A stretch of DNA of 64,000 nt from an uncultured Flavobacteriaceae bacterium. GTDB taxonomy: Bacteria; Pseudomonadota; Alphaproteobacteria; UBA8366; Aestuariispiraceae. Positions 38,623 to 47,862 of the stretch are shown here, one piece after another; position 1 is the stretch's first letter, and each line of letters begins with the position of its first letter. The stretch lies in assembly GCA_964352715.1 (NCBI GenBank), contig CAYGSU010000004.1:56888-120887 (forward strand), written 5' to 3'. A program made the position numbers and the translations under genes. The notes below the pieces were generated by a model. That model saw only the letters and a program-made list of their open reading frames with translations, did no database searches and was not told where the DNA came from.

Positions 38623-40167
38623 ATGGCGCTGACACCGCGACTGGACCTTCGCCAATCACAATCGCTGGTGATGACGCCTCAGTTGCAGCAGGCGATCAAG
38701 CTTCTGCAATACAACAATGTCGAACTGGCGCAATTCGTCGAAACCGAGCTTGAGCGTAACCCGATGCTGGAGCGCGACGAGGGGCAGGGCGATCCTGCAC
38801 GAGGTGAAACGGCGGAGCAGTCAACCTCCCTCGAATCCAGCGAGCGGCCGGACGAATTCAACGGCGATTCCGCCGAATTGCTGAAGCCGGACGGCATGGC
38901 CGATGGCGACAATGCACCCCTCGATGTCGACTACGGCAATCAATACGACTCCGATATCGTTGGCGGTGGCGCTGGTGGTGAGGCGCCCGATACGCTGGGT
39001 GGCGCGCACTGGTCCGGCGTCAGGGGCGGCGGTTCCGGTTTTGACGATATCGACGCCAATCTAGAAGCAACGCTTTCAGAACATGTCAGTCTGCGCGACC
39101 ATCTGATGGATCAGATGCAGATGGATATTGCCGATCCGGCCGACAGGCTGATCGCGGTTCATCTGATCGACCAACTGGACGGGTCAGGCTGGCTTTCCGG
39201 CGATCTTTCTTTTATCGCCGAAATGCTGGGCTGCACGCCGGATGATATCGAGCGGGTTCTGATCAAGTTACAGGGGCTTGATCCGGTCGGTGTCTTCGCC
39301 CGCGATCTCAAGGAATGCCTTGCGTTGCAGCTCGCCGAGCTGGACCGGCTTGACCCCGCCATGCAGACCATGCTCGACAATCTGGAAATGCTGGCGGCCC
39401 ATGACGCCAAGGGCCTGATGAAGAAATGCGGTGTCGACGAGGAAGACCTGCGTGAGATGGTTTCTGAAATCAGGGCGCTGAACCCGAAACCTGCCCTGGC
39501 CTTCAATACCGACATCATCGAACCGGTGGTTCCCGATATTCTGATGCGCCGGGCGCAGGATGGCGACTGGACGATCGAACTGAACCCGGAAACCCTGCCC
39601 CGTGTTCTGGTGAACGAGACCTATTTCGCCCGGATTTCGAAGGATATCCGAAAAAAACCGGAAACCGAATACCTGAACGAACAGTTCCAGTCGGCCAACT
39701 GGCTGGTCAAATCGCTGCATCAGCGGGCAACGACCATCATCAAGGTCGCAGGCGAGATCGTTCGGCAGCAGAACGCGTTTTTCGACAGGGGCGTCGCGCA
39801 TCTGCGCCCGTTGGTGCTGCGCGACATCGCAGAGGCCATCGAAATGCATGAAAGCACAGTCAGCCGGGTGACCACAAACAAGTACATTCACACGCCGCGC
39901 GGCCTGTTCGAGCTTAAGTTCTTCTTCACCTCGGCCATCAGCGGTACCGGTGGCGATTCATCCTATTCGGCCGAATCGGTTCGCCACCGGATCCGTACTC
40001 TGATCGACGCAGAGCCGCCGAAAGCCATCCTGTCGGACGACCAGATTGTTGAAATGCTGAAGACGGAAGGCATCGATATTGCCCGCCGCACGGTCGCTAA
40101 ATACCGCGAGGCGATGAAAATCCCATCTTCTGTACAGCGCCGGCGCCAGAAACAGCATGCAATCTAA
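38623..40167 (+). CDS. rpoN: RNA polymerase sigma-54 factor
   Basis: 514 aa. N-terminal Gln/Leu-rich region I, an acidic region II, and the C-terminal RpoN box ARRTVAKYRE. Confidence 0.95.
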   Translation: MALTPRLDLRQSQSLVMTPQLQQAIKLLQYNNVELAQFVETELERNPMLERDEGQGDPARGETAEQSTSLESSERPDEFNGDSAELLKPDGMADGDNAPLDVDYGNQYDSDIVGGGAGGEAPDTLGGAHWSGVRGGGSGFDDIDANLEATLSEHVSLRDHLMDQMQMDIADPADRLIAVHLIDQLDGSGWLSGDLSFIAEMLGCTPDDIERVLIKLQGLDPVGVFARDLKECLALQLAELDRLDPAMQTMLDNLEMLAAHDAKGLMKKCGVDEEDLREMVSEIRALNPKPALAFNTDIIEPVVPDILMRRAQDGDWTIELNPETLPRVLVNETYFARISKDIRKKPETEYLNEQFQSANWLVKSLHQRATTIIKVAGEIVRQQNAFFDRGVAHLRPLVLRDIAEAIEMHESTVSRVTTNKYIHTPRGLFELKFFFTSAISGTGGDSSYSAESVRHRIRTLIDAEPPKAILSDDQIVEMLKTEGIDIARRTVAKYREAMKIPSSVQRRRQKQHAI

Positions 40168-40418
40168 GGATTTTTTAAGGTTTCTACACACGCCTTGACT
40201 TCGGCTATGGCGATGGATAGCTTCCGCCACCGCTTGCGAGGGCAGGATATTCTACCCCGTCGGCAAGTTGAACATGGGGTGACGAGACGCCGTTTCGGAA
40301 TCGGAAATCGGCCTTACTCGGAAAAATTTAGGCGAACAGGCGGGGCAAAGTTATCATCGTCCCTTGCATTTCCTGTTCATGGCGGCATTCTTGAGGTTTA
40401 CGAGGGCTATATAATAAA

Positions 40419-41009
40419 ATGCAGCTATCGATTACCGGTAAAGGTATGGATATTGGCGCGGCGTTGCAGGAGTATGTCGAAAACCTGCTCCCCCCTGCGG
40501 TCACAAAGTACTTCGATAACACAACAGATGCGCAGGTAACCTTTTACAAGGAAGCCCATGAGTTTCGCGCCGATATCAAGGTGCACGTTTCCCGCCCTGT
40601 ATTCGTTCAGGGTTCTGGCAAGGGCGGTGATGCTCATTCGGCCTTCGACGAAGCCCTGCAGCATGTTGCAAAGCGGCTTCGCCGGAACAAGCGCAAGCTT
40701 CGCGACCAGAAACATCGCGGTGATGAAGATTCGCTGCCGGCCCTGCAGTATGTGATCGCGGCAGAGCCCGACCCTGTTGAAGGTGACGAGACCGAGAACG
40801 ATATCGTTAATAGCGATCCGGTAATCGTTGCTGAAATGCCCGGCAGCATTGACACGCTTTCGGTCAGCGAGGCCGTCATGCGGATGGACCTGTCCGGACA
40901 GAACGCCCTGATGTTTCGCAGTTCGAAACACGGTGGCTTGAACATGGTGTATCAGCGCGACGATGGAAACATCGGATGGGTTGACCCGAATACGACGTCA
41001 GAATCGTAA
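40419..41009 (+). CDS. hpf: ribosome hibernation promoting factor (long form)
   Basis: MQLSITGKGMDIGAALQEYV... and a C-terminal dimerisation domain. It is in the conserved position after rpoN. Confidence 0.88.
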   Translation: MQLSITGKGMDIGAALQEYVENLLPPAVTKYFDNTTDAQVTFYKEAHEFRADIKVHVSRPVFVQGSGKGGDAHSAFDEALQHVAKRLRRNKRKLRDQKHRGDEDSLPALQYVIAAEPDPVEGDETENDIVNSDPVIVAEMPGSIDTLSVSEAVMRMDLSGQNALMFRSSKHGGLNMVYQRDDGNIGWVDPNTTSES

Positions 41010-41102
41010 GAATGGCTTGGCTGGCGACCAGAGAGCGCCGGAAGAAAGCCCGGTTTAGACAATACTGATCAGTTTTTAAATTGCTTCTTTGAGGTTGCTA
41101 CC

Positions 41103-41567
41103 ATGGAGATTGCAGATCTTTTATCGCCGGACGCGATCGTTCCCGCCCTTAGCGTTTCTTCCAAGAAGCAGACGCTGACGGAACTTGCGCGGCGCGCGGC
41201 TGAACATCTCGGCCTGGATCAGCGCGAAGTGTTCGAAACGCTACTGGAACGGGAGCGGCTGGGTACGACCGGCGTCGGCAATGGCATTGCCATCCCGCAC
41301 GGCAAACTGAACAGCGTTTCCCGGCCGGTCGGCCTGTTTGCGCGGCTGGAAAAGCCGGTCGATTTCGATTCCGTCGATGATATGCCTGTCGACCTGATCT
41401 TTCTTCTGCTGGCGCCTGAAACCGCCGGTGCGGACCATCTGAAAGCGCTGGCGCGGGTATCCCGCGTGCTGCGCGATCAGGCGGTTTGCAAGAAACTTCG
41501 CGGTTCCACAGAAAAAGACGCGATTTACGCGCTGCTCATCGACAACGCGCACAGCCACGCAGCCTGA
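41103..41567 (+). CDS. ptsN: PTS-Ntr enzyme IIA (PtsN)
   Basis: 154 aa with phospho-His motif GNGIAIPHGK. Confidence 0.88.
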   Translation: MEIADLLSPDAIVPALSVSSKKQTLTELARRAAEHLGLDQREVFETLLERERLGTTGVGNGIAIPHGKLNSVSRPVGLFARLEKPVDFDSVDDMPVDLIFLLLAPETAGADHLKALARVSRVLRDQAVCKKLRGSTEKDAIYALLIDNAHSHAA

Positions 41568-41593
41568 CAGGCGGCACCCGCCAGCACTCAATT

Positions 41594-42013
41594 CTAGTCG
41601 TCCGGTGTTGTGATCGGAATTGTCTCGACAGCATCTTCTGCGGTCGGGTGATCGATATCGATATGCAGCAGCCCGTTAGCCAGCAAGGCCGATCTGACGC
41701 GCATGCCTTCGGCCAGCAGGAAGCTCCGCTGGAACTGTCGCGCCGCAATGCCGCGGTGAAGAAACTGCTTGGTGTCGTTTTCTTCCGCCTGTCGACCCAG
41801 AATGGTCAGTTGCGGCCCGTGTCGTTCGACGGAGAGCTGGCTTTCACGAAACCCGGCGACAGCCAGCGTGATTCGGGTCAGCCCGCCGTCGAGCTGTTCG
41901 ATATTGTAGGGCGGATACCCTTCCGCCGTCATTTTCGATACCCGCTCCAATGTGGCTTCCAGGTCATCGAAACCCAACATCAGCGGACTGTTGAAATAGC
42001 GCATGCGTGGCAT
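41594..42013 (-). CDS. Hsp20/alpha-crystallin small heat-shock protein
   Basis: Alpha-crystallin domain YPPYNIEQLDGGLTRITLAVAGF...GLLHIDI. The start is ambiguous (42025 GTG, 42013 or 42004 ATG). Confidence 0.85.
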   Translation of the reverse strand: MPRMRYFNSPLMLGFDDLEATLERVSKMTAEGYPPYNIEQLDGGLTRITLAVAGFRESQLSVERHGPQLTILGRQAEENDTKQFLHRGIAARQFQRSFLLAEGMRVRSALLANGLLHIDIDHPTAEDAVETIPITTPDD

Positions 42014-42078
42014 GATCGTTTTCACCGAACCTGTTGCGGGCGTCAGTGTAGTTTGATGAGGCGACGGAGAAAAGAACC

Positions 42079-42537
42079 TCAGACGTCGAGTCTGAATTTC
42101 AGCTCAAGACGGTTCTCGCCGTCAACGCGCCGGTAGCCTGTGATCGAACAATAATGCAGGATCAACGGCCAGCCGAGCCGACCGACCGGACGATCCTCAA
42201 GCTGGTCGTCCCGGCTGTCAGGCGGCAGGTCCGTGGCAGGGTTGAAGGCCGCGCCGCTGTCCCGGAAGCTGATCGCGATGCCGTCGGTCAGGACCGCCAG
42301 TTTCAAGCCGATCTCGGAATTCGGTTGGGCCTGGCTATGCATGACCATGTTCGCCAGCAGTTCCTCCAGGATGAGCTGCAATGCCATCCGGTTGCGCATC
42401 GTCAGCGTTTCCTGCCGGTCGAGCCATGTATCGAGCGGCTGCAACACATCGTCCATAACCGAGTCCGTAAACGGTACGGTGATCTGCAATGCGCCATCGG
42501 GCTCTGTATTTTCTGTCTGTTTACCAGAATTCGTCAT
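42079..42537 (-). CDS. RsbW/SpoIIAB-like anti-sigma-type serine kinase (HATPase_c_2)
   Basis: 152 aa. N-box LEELLANMVMHS, G1 DSGAAFNP and G2 GRLGWPLI. Confidence 0.7.
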   Translation of the reverse strand: MTNSGKQTENTEPDGALQITVPFTDSVMDDVLQPLDTWLDRQETLTMRNRMALQLILEELLANMVMHSQAQPNSEIGLKLAVLTDGIAISFRDSGAAFNPATDLPPDSRDDQLEDRPVGRLGWPLILHYCSITGYRRVDGENRLELKFRLDV

Positions 42538-42606
42538 TTGTACTCGCCTATCACCGGTCTGATGACGTAGTCTTGGGAACAGTCGCGGGAAACAGGAGAT
42601 TTTGGA

Positions 42607-43056
42607 ATGCGAATATCATTCGGGCCTTTAACCCAGATCGCCGGGTTTGTTTTGGTGCTTTCGCTGGGTACTGCGCATGCGGAAGAGATCGGACGCATCA
42701 AAGGCGCGGTCGGTGATGCTACCATCGAACGATCAGGCGAAACCATCAAACCGAAACCCGGCCAGATTCTGGAACAGTCAGATGTCCTGCAAACCGGGCC
42801 GACAGGCCGTGTCGCGGCAACTTTTGTCGATAACAGCCGGTTTTCGGCCGGCCCTAACAGCCGGGTGGAACTGTCGAAATTCGCATATGACCCGACAACC
42901 CAGGAAGGCGAATTCCTCGCTTCGGTCGAAAAGGGGTCGCTGGCGATCGTGTCCGGCAAGATTGCCAAATCGACACCTGACGCCATGAAGGTCAAGCTGC
43001 CATCCGCGATCCTCGGCGTTCGCGGCACCCGTTTTGTTGTAGAGGTGTCGCAGTGA
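42607..43056 (+). CDS. FecR-domain periplasmic protein
   Basis: AGGAGA SD and a signal peptide. FecR-like beta-rich domain GRIKGAVGDATIERSGETIKPKPGQILEQSDVLQTGPTGRVAATFVDNSRF. Confidence 0.7.
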   Translation: MRISFGPLTQIAGFVLVLSLGTAHAEEIGRIKGAVGDATIERSGETIKPKPGQILEQSDVLQTGPTGRVAATFVDNSRFSAGPNSRVELSKFAYDPTTQEGEFLASVEKGSLAIVSGKIAKSTPDAMKVKLPSAILGVRGTRFVVEVSQ

Positions 43057-43643
43057 TTCGCCATATTCTCCTTTGCATGGCGCTTGCTGTTTCGCTGGCC
43101 GCCTGTTCCAGCGACAAGATTGTGTTGCTGCCTGACGGCGAAGGACATACCGGTGCTGTTGCTGTTCTGTCCGATGACGGGCAGGAAAGGGCGCTGATTA
43201 CCGAAGCCTACGAGACGGCGTCTGTCAGTTCTTCTTCCGTGAGCATCAATACACAGAATGAAGAAACGGTTTCTGCCGCCTACGGAGAACTGCTGGATGG
43301 CCTGCCGCCGGAACCGAAATCGTTTCTGCTGTATTTCGTTCGCGGCACGTCCCGACTGATTGAGTCGTCGAAAACGGTCCTGCCGTCGATTTTTTCGGAA
43401 ATCGAAAGTCGGCCAGGCGCCCAGGTTCAGGTTACCGGCCATACCGATACGGTCGGCACGATCGCGGACAATGACAGGCTGTCGCGCGAACGCGCGATTG
43501 TCATCAGGGACTGGCTCATCGAACAGGGCATGGATGCTGAACTGGTCAGCGCGGTCGGTCGCGGCGAACGGGAATTGCTTATCGAAACCGGTGACGAAAC
43601 CTCGGAACCGGCGAATCGGCGGGTTCAGATTATCGTTCGGTAG
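43053..43643 (+). CDS. OmpA-family peptidoglycan-binding lipoprotein
   Basis: Lipobox LAAC. C-terminal OmpA_C motif VTGHTDTVGTIADNDRLSRERAIVIRDWL...NRRVQI. It overlaps the fecR-like gene by 4 nt. Confidence 0.8.
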   Translation: MIRHILLCMALAVSLAACSSDKIVLLPDGEGHTGAVAVLSDDGQERALITEAYETASVSSSSVSINTQNEETVSAAYGELLDGLPPEPKSFLLYFVRGTSRLIESSKTVLPSIFSEIESRPGAQVQVTGHTDTVGTIADNDRLSRERAIVIRDWLIEQGMDAELVSAVGRGERELLIETGDETSEPANRRVQIIVR

Positions 43644-43663
43644 TCGATCTGATGGCTGCCCTG

Positions 43664-45820
43664 TCATGTTGCCTGTTCCGGCCCCTTGTACCGGACGGCC
43701 ATTACGGTAACGTCATCAACCGGATCCCCGCCGTCTTCAAAGGCCCGAACGCTATCGACGACATTGCGCACGACAGCGTATGAATCGCCCGAATTGGCCT
43801 TGGCGATGGCCTTTACCAGGCGATCCCGGCCGAACAGTTCGTCGTCAAGGCTGCGGGCTTCTGTAACACCGTCGGTTACGATGATCAGCGTATCGCCCGG
43901 TTCAAGCGTGATCGTTTCCTGAAAATACGGGAAATCGTCCATCACACATAAAGGCAACCCGCCGTCGGAATTAATATCGACGACGTCACCATTCGGCTTC
44001 AGAATTTGCGGGTCTTCATGGCCGGCATTGCAGTATTCAACAAGGCCGGTGTTGCAATGCAGGATGCCGGCGAAAGCCGTGACGAAGAGCGATGCCGGGT
44101 TTTCACGCGACAGTTCCATGTTTGCCTGGGTCATCAGTTCGGCCACCTGACCCTGCAGGCGCAAAGCGGCGCTTTTGCACAGCGCTTTCGACAGGGCCAT
44201 GAACAGGGCCGCCGGCACGCCCTTGCCGGTGACGTCGCCGACGACAAAGTAAATCCGGTCATCATCAAGCGTGAAGGCGTCAAACAGGTCGCCGCCGACC
44301 TCCTTTGCGGAAATCAGAACCGCACCGACATCGACCGTGACGGGCAAAGCGCGCAGACTGTCAGTATCCGGCAGGATGCCAAGCTGGATTTCGCGCGCCG
44401 CTTTCAGTTCACCGGCGATCCGCGCCGCTTGCAGCCGTTCGTTTTCAAGCTCCGTCTGCAATGCTTTCCTGCGCCGGACATTCTGGGCTAGCAGCGACGA
44501 CAGCATCGTTGCGTAGACCAGCACGATGCCACCCGACGGCAGGATCGGATCGATCAGCAGGCCGGATGAAACGAACCCGGCGTATCCCAGCGCACCGTTG
44601 ATCAGCACAAAGCCGGCCGCCAGCACCAGTCCGACAAACTGCGGAAGCATCGGCATTGTTACGATCAACAGCAGTGCACCAAAGGCCATCATCGCGACTT
44701 CGGCATAGACCATCCAGTGCGGTCGCTGAATGCGGACACCCGACAGCAACTGTTCGATGGCCTGGGCCTGTATTTCAACCGCCGTCATTCGTTCGCCCAG
44801 CGGCGTCGCCGTCCTGTCGGCAATCCCGACGGCTGTCGCACCGATCAGCACGACCTGATTTTCAAATCGGTCAGCCGCTATTGTTCCGGCGAGAACGTCT
44901 TTGGCGGAAACGAACCTGTTTGCATCCGACGGGGTAAAATACAGATCCATCGACCCGTCCCGGTTGGTCTGCAGCGGATCGCCGTCAAGGCCCAGCCGGA
45001 TCGACGATATACCGCTTTCCGTACCGTCCATTTCCAGCCAGATGTCATTGGTGACAAGCCGCAGGACCTCGACGGAAAATGCCGGGGCGGGTTTTCCGTT
45101 GATATTGAGCATCAGGGGCACCCGCCGGACGATGCCGTCCAGCTCAGGCGCGGCATTCAGATATCCGCGTCCCTGTGCAACCGATTCCAGCAGCTCGAGA
45201 TTGGTTATCCGGCTGTTATAGGCCGGCAGAAAGCCCACCAGGGACGGATCCTTGCTGGCGACCGAGGTTTCCGGAAGCGTGTCCGGCGCTGCCACAATGT
45301 TACTGTTCACGGCGGCGCGGCCCAGGGCGACCGGCACACTACCGAGTGATTCCGCCAGGATGGAATCCGTCGATTCCAGGGTCGCCAGCGCCGCTGCCAG
45401 ATCTTCCGGCAGGCCGGGATAGGTCGACAGGGCTCTAGACGGTGAAAGCCGGTCTTCTTCCGGCATGATCATCGTCAGGCCGATGGACAGAGAGCCACTG
45501 AAAAACGTGTTGAGAACCAGATCGGCCAGTTGGGTGCGCGGCCAGGGCCATTGACCGTATTCTTCAAGGCTGGCGTCGTCGATGGCGACAATAACAACCG
45601 GATAGGTTTCCTGCTGGCGCGGATGCAGACGCTGGTAGGTGTCGAAAACGGTTGACCGCAAAGGGGCGAAGACATGGTCGGGCAACAGCATCGATACCGC
45701 AATGATCGCTACCAGAATGGCGCTGGCGACAATCCTGCCGGTGTCGAGGCGCATCATGTCAGCGAAGAATCCGTTCGGCTGTGCCGATTTTCTGTCAGAC
45801 AACGTGCGGGCGCGTTGCAT
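43664..45820 (-). CDS. CHASE2 sensor - transmembrane - PP2C (SpoIIE/RsbU-type) phosphatase
   Basis: 718 aa. CHASE2 hallmark YGQWPWPR, three or four TM helices around residues 400-470, and PP2C motifs GGDLFD, GDVTGKGVPAAL and TDGVTEA. Confidence 0.85.
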   Translation of the reverse strand: MQRARTLSDRKSAQPNGFFADMMRLDTGRIVASAILVAIIAVSMLLPDHVFAPLRSTVFDTYQRLHPRQQETYPVVIVAIDDASLEEYGQWPWPRTQLADLVLNTFFSGSLSIGLTMIMPEEDRLSPSRALSTYPGLPEDLAAALATLESTDSILAESLGSVPVALGRAAVNSNIVAAPDTLPETSVASKDPSLVGFLPAYNSRITNLELLESVAQGRGYLNAAPELDGIVRRVPLMLNINGKPAPAFSVEVLRLVTNDIWLEMDGTESGISSIRLGLDGDPLQTNRDGSMDLYFTPSDANRFVSAKDVLAGTIAADRFENQVVLIGATAVGIADRTATPLGERMTAVEIQAQAIEQLLSGVRIQRPHWMVYAEVAMMAFGALLLIVTMPMLPQFVGLVLAAGFVLINGALGYAGFVSSGLLIDPILPSGGIVLVYATMLSSLLAQNVRRRKALQTELENERLQAARIAGELKAAREIQLGILPDTDSLRALPVTVDVGAVLISAKEVGGDLFDAFTLDDDRIYFVVGDVTGKGVPAALFMALSKALCKSAALRLQGQVAELMTQANMELSRENPASLFVTAFAGILHCNTGLVEYCNAGHEDPQILKPNGDVVDINSDGGLPLCVMDDFPYFQETITLEPGDTLIIVTDGVTEARSLDDELFGRDRLVKAIAKANSGDSYAVVRNVVDSVRAFEDGGDPVDDVTVMAVRYKGPEQAT

Positions 45821-45829
45821 GCATCCAGC

Positions 45830-46795
45830 CTAGACCGACAGTTCCAGGCCGTCGTACGAGCAGGTGATCTCAAGGGGCGTGCCGCCGCCGCGCATGATTT
45901 CCTCATACCGCAGGGTTTCGCCATGAACCTTGAAAATCATTTCGTCATCATAGACCGGCTCGTGATGGAACATCGCCAGATGCTTCACCCCGGCCTGGTG
46001 GCACAGATCGACAGCCACGATATTACTTGAATGCCCCCAGTCTTCCTTGATCGAGATTGCATCGGCCAGCGAATACATCGTGTCCATGATCAGCAGGTCA
46101 GCGTCTTTGAAGAAGTTCACGACGGAATCGATTTCTTCCGGGTCTTCCAGTTTGTGTTCGGCATCGGTTGAATAAACCAGCACGTGGCCGTCTTTTTCAA
46201 AGCGATAACCAAAGGAATCGCCGTGGTGATGCTGTTTTTTCGCTGTGACCGTCATGCCGGCGATTTCATAGGTCCGGTTCAGCTCAAGCTGCACGAATTC
46301 ACGCTTTGCGCCCATGAATTCGAGCGGAACCGGGAAGCTGGGATTCTCCTGCTGCCGCCGCAGAACGCCCTCGATATCCGCATGCCCGCCGTAAAACTTG
46401 ATCGTGTTGTTCGGGTTGAAGGCAGGCACGAAGAAGGGGAAGCCCATTATGTGGTCCCAGTGCGGATGTGACAGAAAGATATGGTAGGTACCTTCCCGTC
46501 CGTCCTCGCCGATCCGGCGCAGGGAATCGAGACCGAACTCGCGCAGGCCCGACCCCATATCGCAAACCACGAATTCGTTGCTACCGGATTCGATTTCGAC
46601 ACAGGAAGAGGCGCCGCCATAGGTCCCTCTTTGCGGAAAAGACAGTTCGTCGCGCACGAAACCCTGCGCCGCTGCATCGTCATCGAAGCGGCGACCCGAG
46701 GCGGCCTTGACCGCAGCAACAATCTTTTCCTCGACAGTAGCCGCTTTCATGGCCTTTGGCAGCGAACCGCGTGTACCCCAGAACCGTACCTGCAT
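45830..46795 (-). CDS. MBL-fold metallo-hydrolase
   Basis: Metal motif LSHPHWDH (HxHxDH). The start is ATG 46795, 2 nt after the STAS stop (or an overlapping GTG 46798). The stop lies 9 nt before the phosphatase start. Confidence 0.8.
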   Translation of the reverse strand: MQVRFWGTRGSLPKAMKAATVEEKIVAAVKAASGRRFDDDAAAQGFVRDELSFPQRGTYGGASSCVEIESGSNEFVVCDMGSGLREFGLDSLRRIGEDGREGTYHIFLSHPHWDHIMGFPFFVPAFNPNNTIKFYGGHADIEGVLRRQQENPSFPVPLEFMGAKREFVQLELNRTYEIAGMTVTAKKQHHHGDSFGYRFEKDGHVLVYSTDAEHKLEDPEEIDSVVNFFKDADLLIMDTMYSLADAISIKEDWGHSSNIVAVDLCHQAGVKHLAMFHHEPVYDDEMIFKVHGETLRYEEIMRGGGTPLEITCSYDGLELSV

Positions 46796-46797
46796 CA

Positions 46798-47142
46798 CTA
46801 AGGCCTCGTTGCCGCGATGGCGTCATCCAGTCCGCCATGCACCGTGAACAGTTTGTCGAACCGGCTGATCTGGAAAATTTCGGTCAGGGTTTCGCCAAGC
46901 CGGCAGACGGATATCGGTGTCGATCCCTGTTTCGCCGCTTTCGCCGCCAACATCAGAACCCGCAACCCGACGGAACTCATATAATCGACGCCATCCATGT
47001 CGATTACGACGCCGCTTGTAGCACCTGCTTCGTCGATCGCCGGCAGCAACGCTACTTCAAACGTCGCCGCCGTGTTGTGGTCGATCGAACCCTTGGGTGC
47101 AATTACGATTGTATCTGCATTGACCGTCTTTTCGACGTCCAT
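46798..47142 (-). CDS. STAS-domain anti-sigma-factor antagonist (RsbV/SpoIIAA-like)
   Basis: 114 aa with a phosphorylatable-Ser motif, DGVDYMSSVGLRVL. Confidence 0.8.
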   Translation of the reverse strand: MDVEKTVNADTIVIAPKGSIDHNTAATFEVALLPAIDEAGATSGVVIDMDGVDYMSSVGLRVLMLAAKAAKQGSTPISVCRLGETLTEIFQISRFDKLFTVHGGLDDAIAATRP

Positions 47143-47341
47143 TGCCAGACTCCCTTCCAGCCGTATCCATTATTAACGGAACATTCCGCTGCGCGCACAG
47201 TAACAACCAATCGGACCAAGCGGAAGCCATGCCGCGGCCTATAAAGGGCAATCCGCTTCAAATCGTGTCGCGAACGCTGCAACAAGGTTAACGGCTGTTG
47301 ATTGTTTTGGTTTCCAGCGATGTTACCGGGTTTTTGCCGGG

Positions 47342-47788
47342 TTATTCGTGCCGCGCTTGGCAGGTGAAGAATTCCAGGCTGAGGGACCCGCCACCGGGCG
47401 ACGGCGCCATGATCAGGGCGTTTTCGCCGTCGACATGCATTGTCGCCGTCCGCTCGCCACCAAGCACTAGAATGGTCTGCGAGGAATGCCTGTCGTGATA
47501 TCGCGCAGCAATCGGCAGATAACTGCGTCCGAAGGATGTTTCCCGTTGCACGTTGTTTTCGTTGAAGTCCAGCACCAGGGTATCGGGATTGTTGACGGTC
47601 TTTGGCCGACAGCCCTGTGTTTCACTTGACGAGCAGAGCGCGGTGTAGTCGCCCTGCTGGCATTCCCAAACAACGGCTTCTTTCCACATAGACTGTGAAC
47701 CGCTCTCGCTGGAGGCTGCGAGAACTTCTCCAATGGCAAAAATTGCAATAATAACCAGCAACACAATGACAAGTTTTGGGACTTTCAC
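47342..47788 (-). CDS. hypothetical secreted or membrane-anchored Cys-containing protein
   Basis: N-terminal hydrophobic helix MKVPKLVIVLLVIIAIFAIGEVLA and four Cys in the mature part. I recognise no family. Confidence 0.5.
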   Translation of the reverse strand: MKVPKLVIVLLVIIAIFAIGEVLAASSESGSQSMWKEAVVWECQQGDYTALCSSSETQGCRPKTVNNPDTLVLDFNENNVQRETSFGRSYLPIAARYHDRHSSQTILVLGGERTATMHVDGENALIMAPSPGGGSLSLEFFTCQARHE

Positions 47789-47862
47789 GAGCCTTCACCC
47801 CTGATTTTTACTTTTGACCCTGTTAGTCGTAAACCGGAAGATAGCCTGTCTCAAGTGGCTAT

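Noticed and set aside
40380-40395. Sigma54-like element TGGCGGCATTCTTGAG upstream of hpf
   Set aside because: The invariant -12 GC is GA here. hpf is more likely co-transcribed with rpoN or driven by the TATATAAT-like box nearby.
42534-43667. 377-aa minus-strand ORF
   Set aside because: It is antisense to the FecR-domain and OmpA-like genes, which have signal peptides, a lipobox and the OmpA_C motif.
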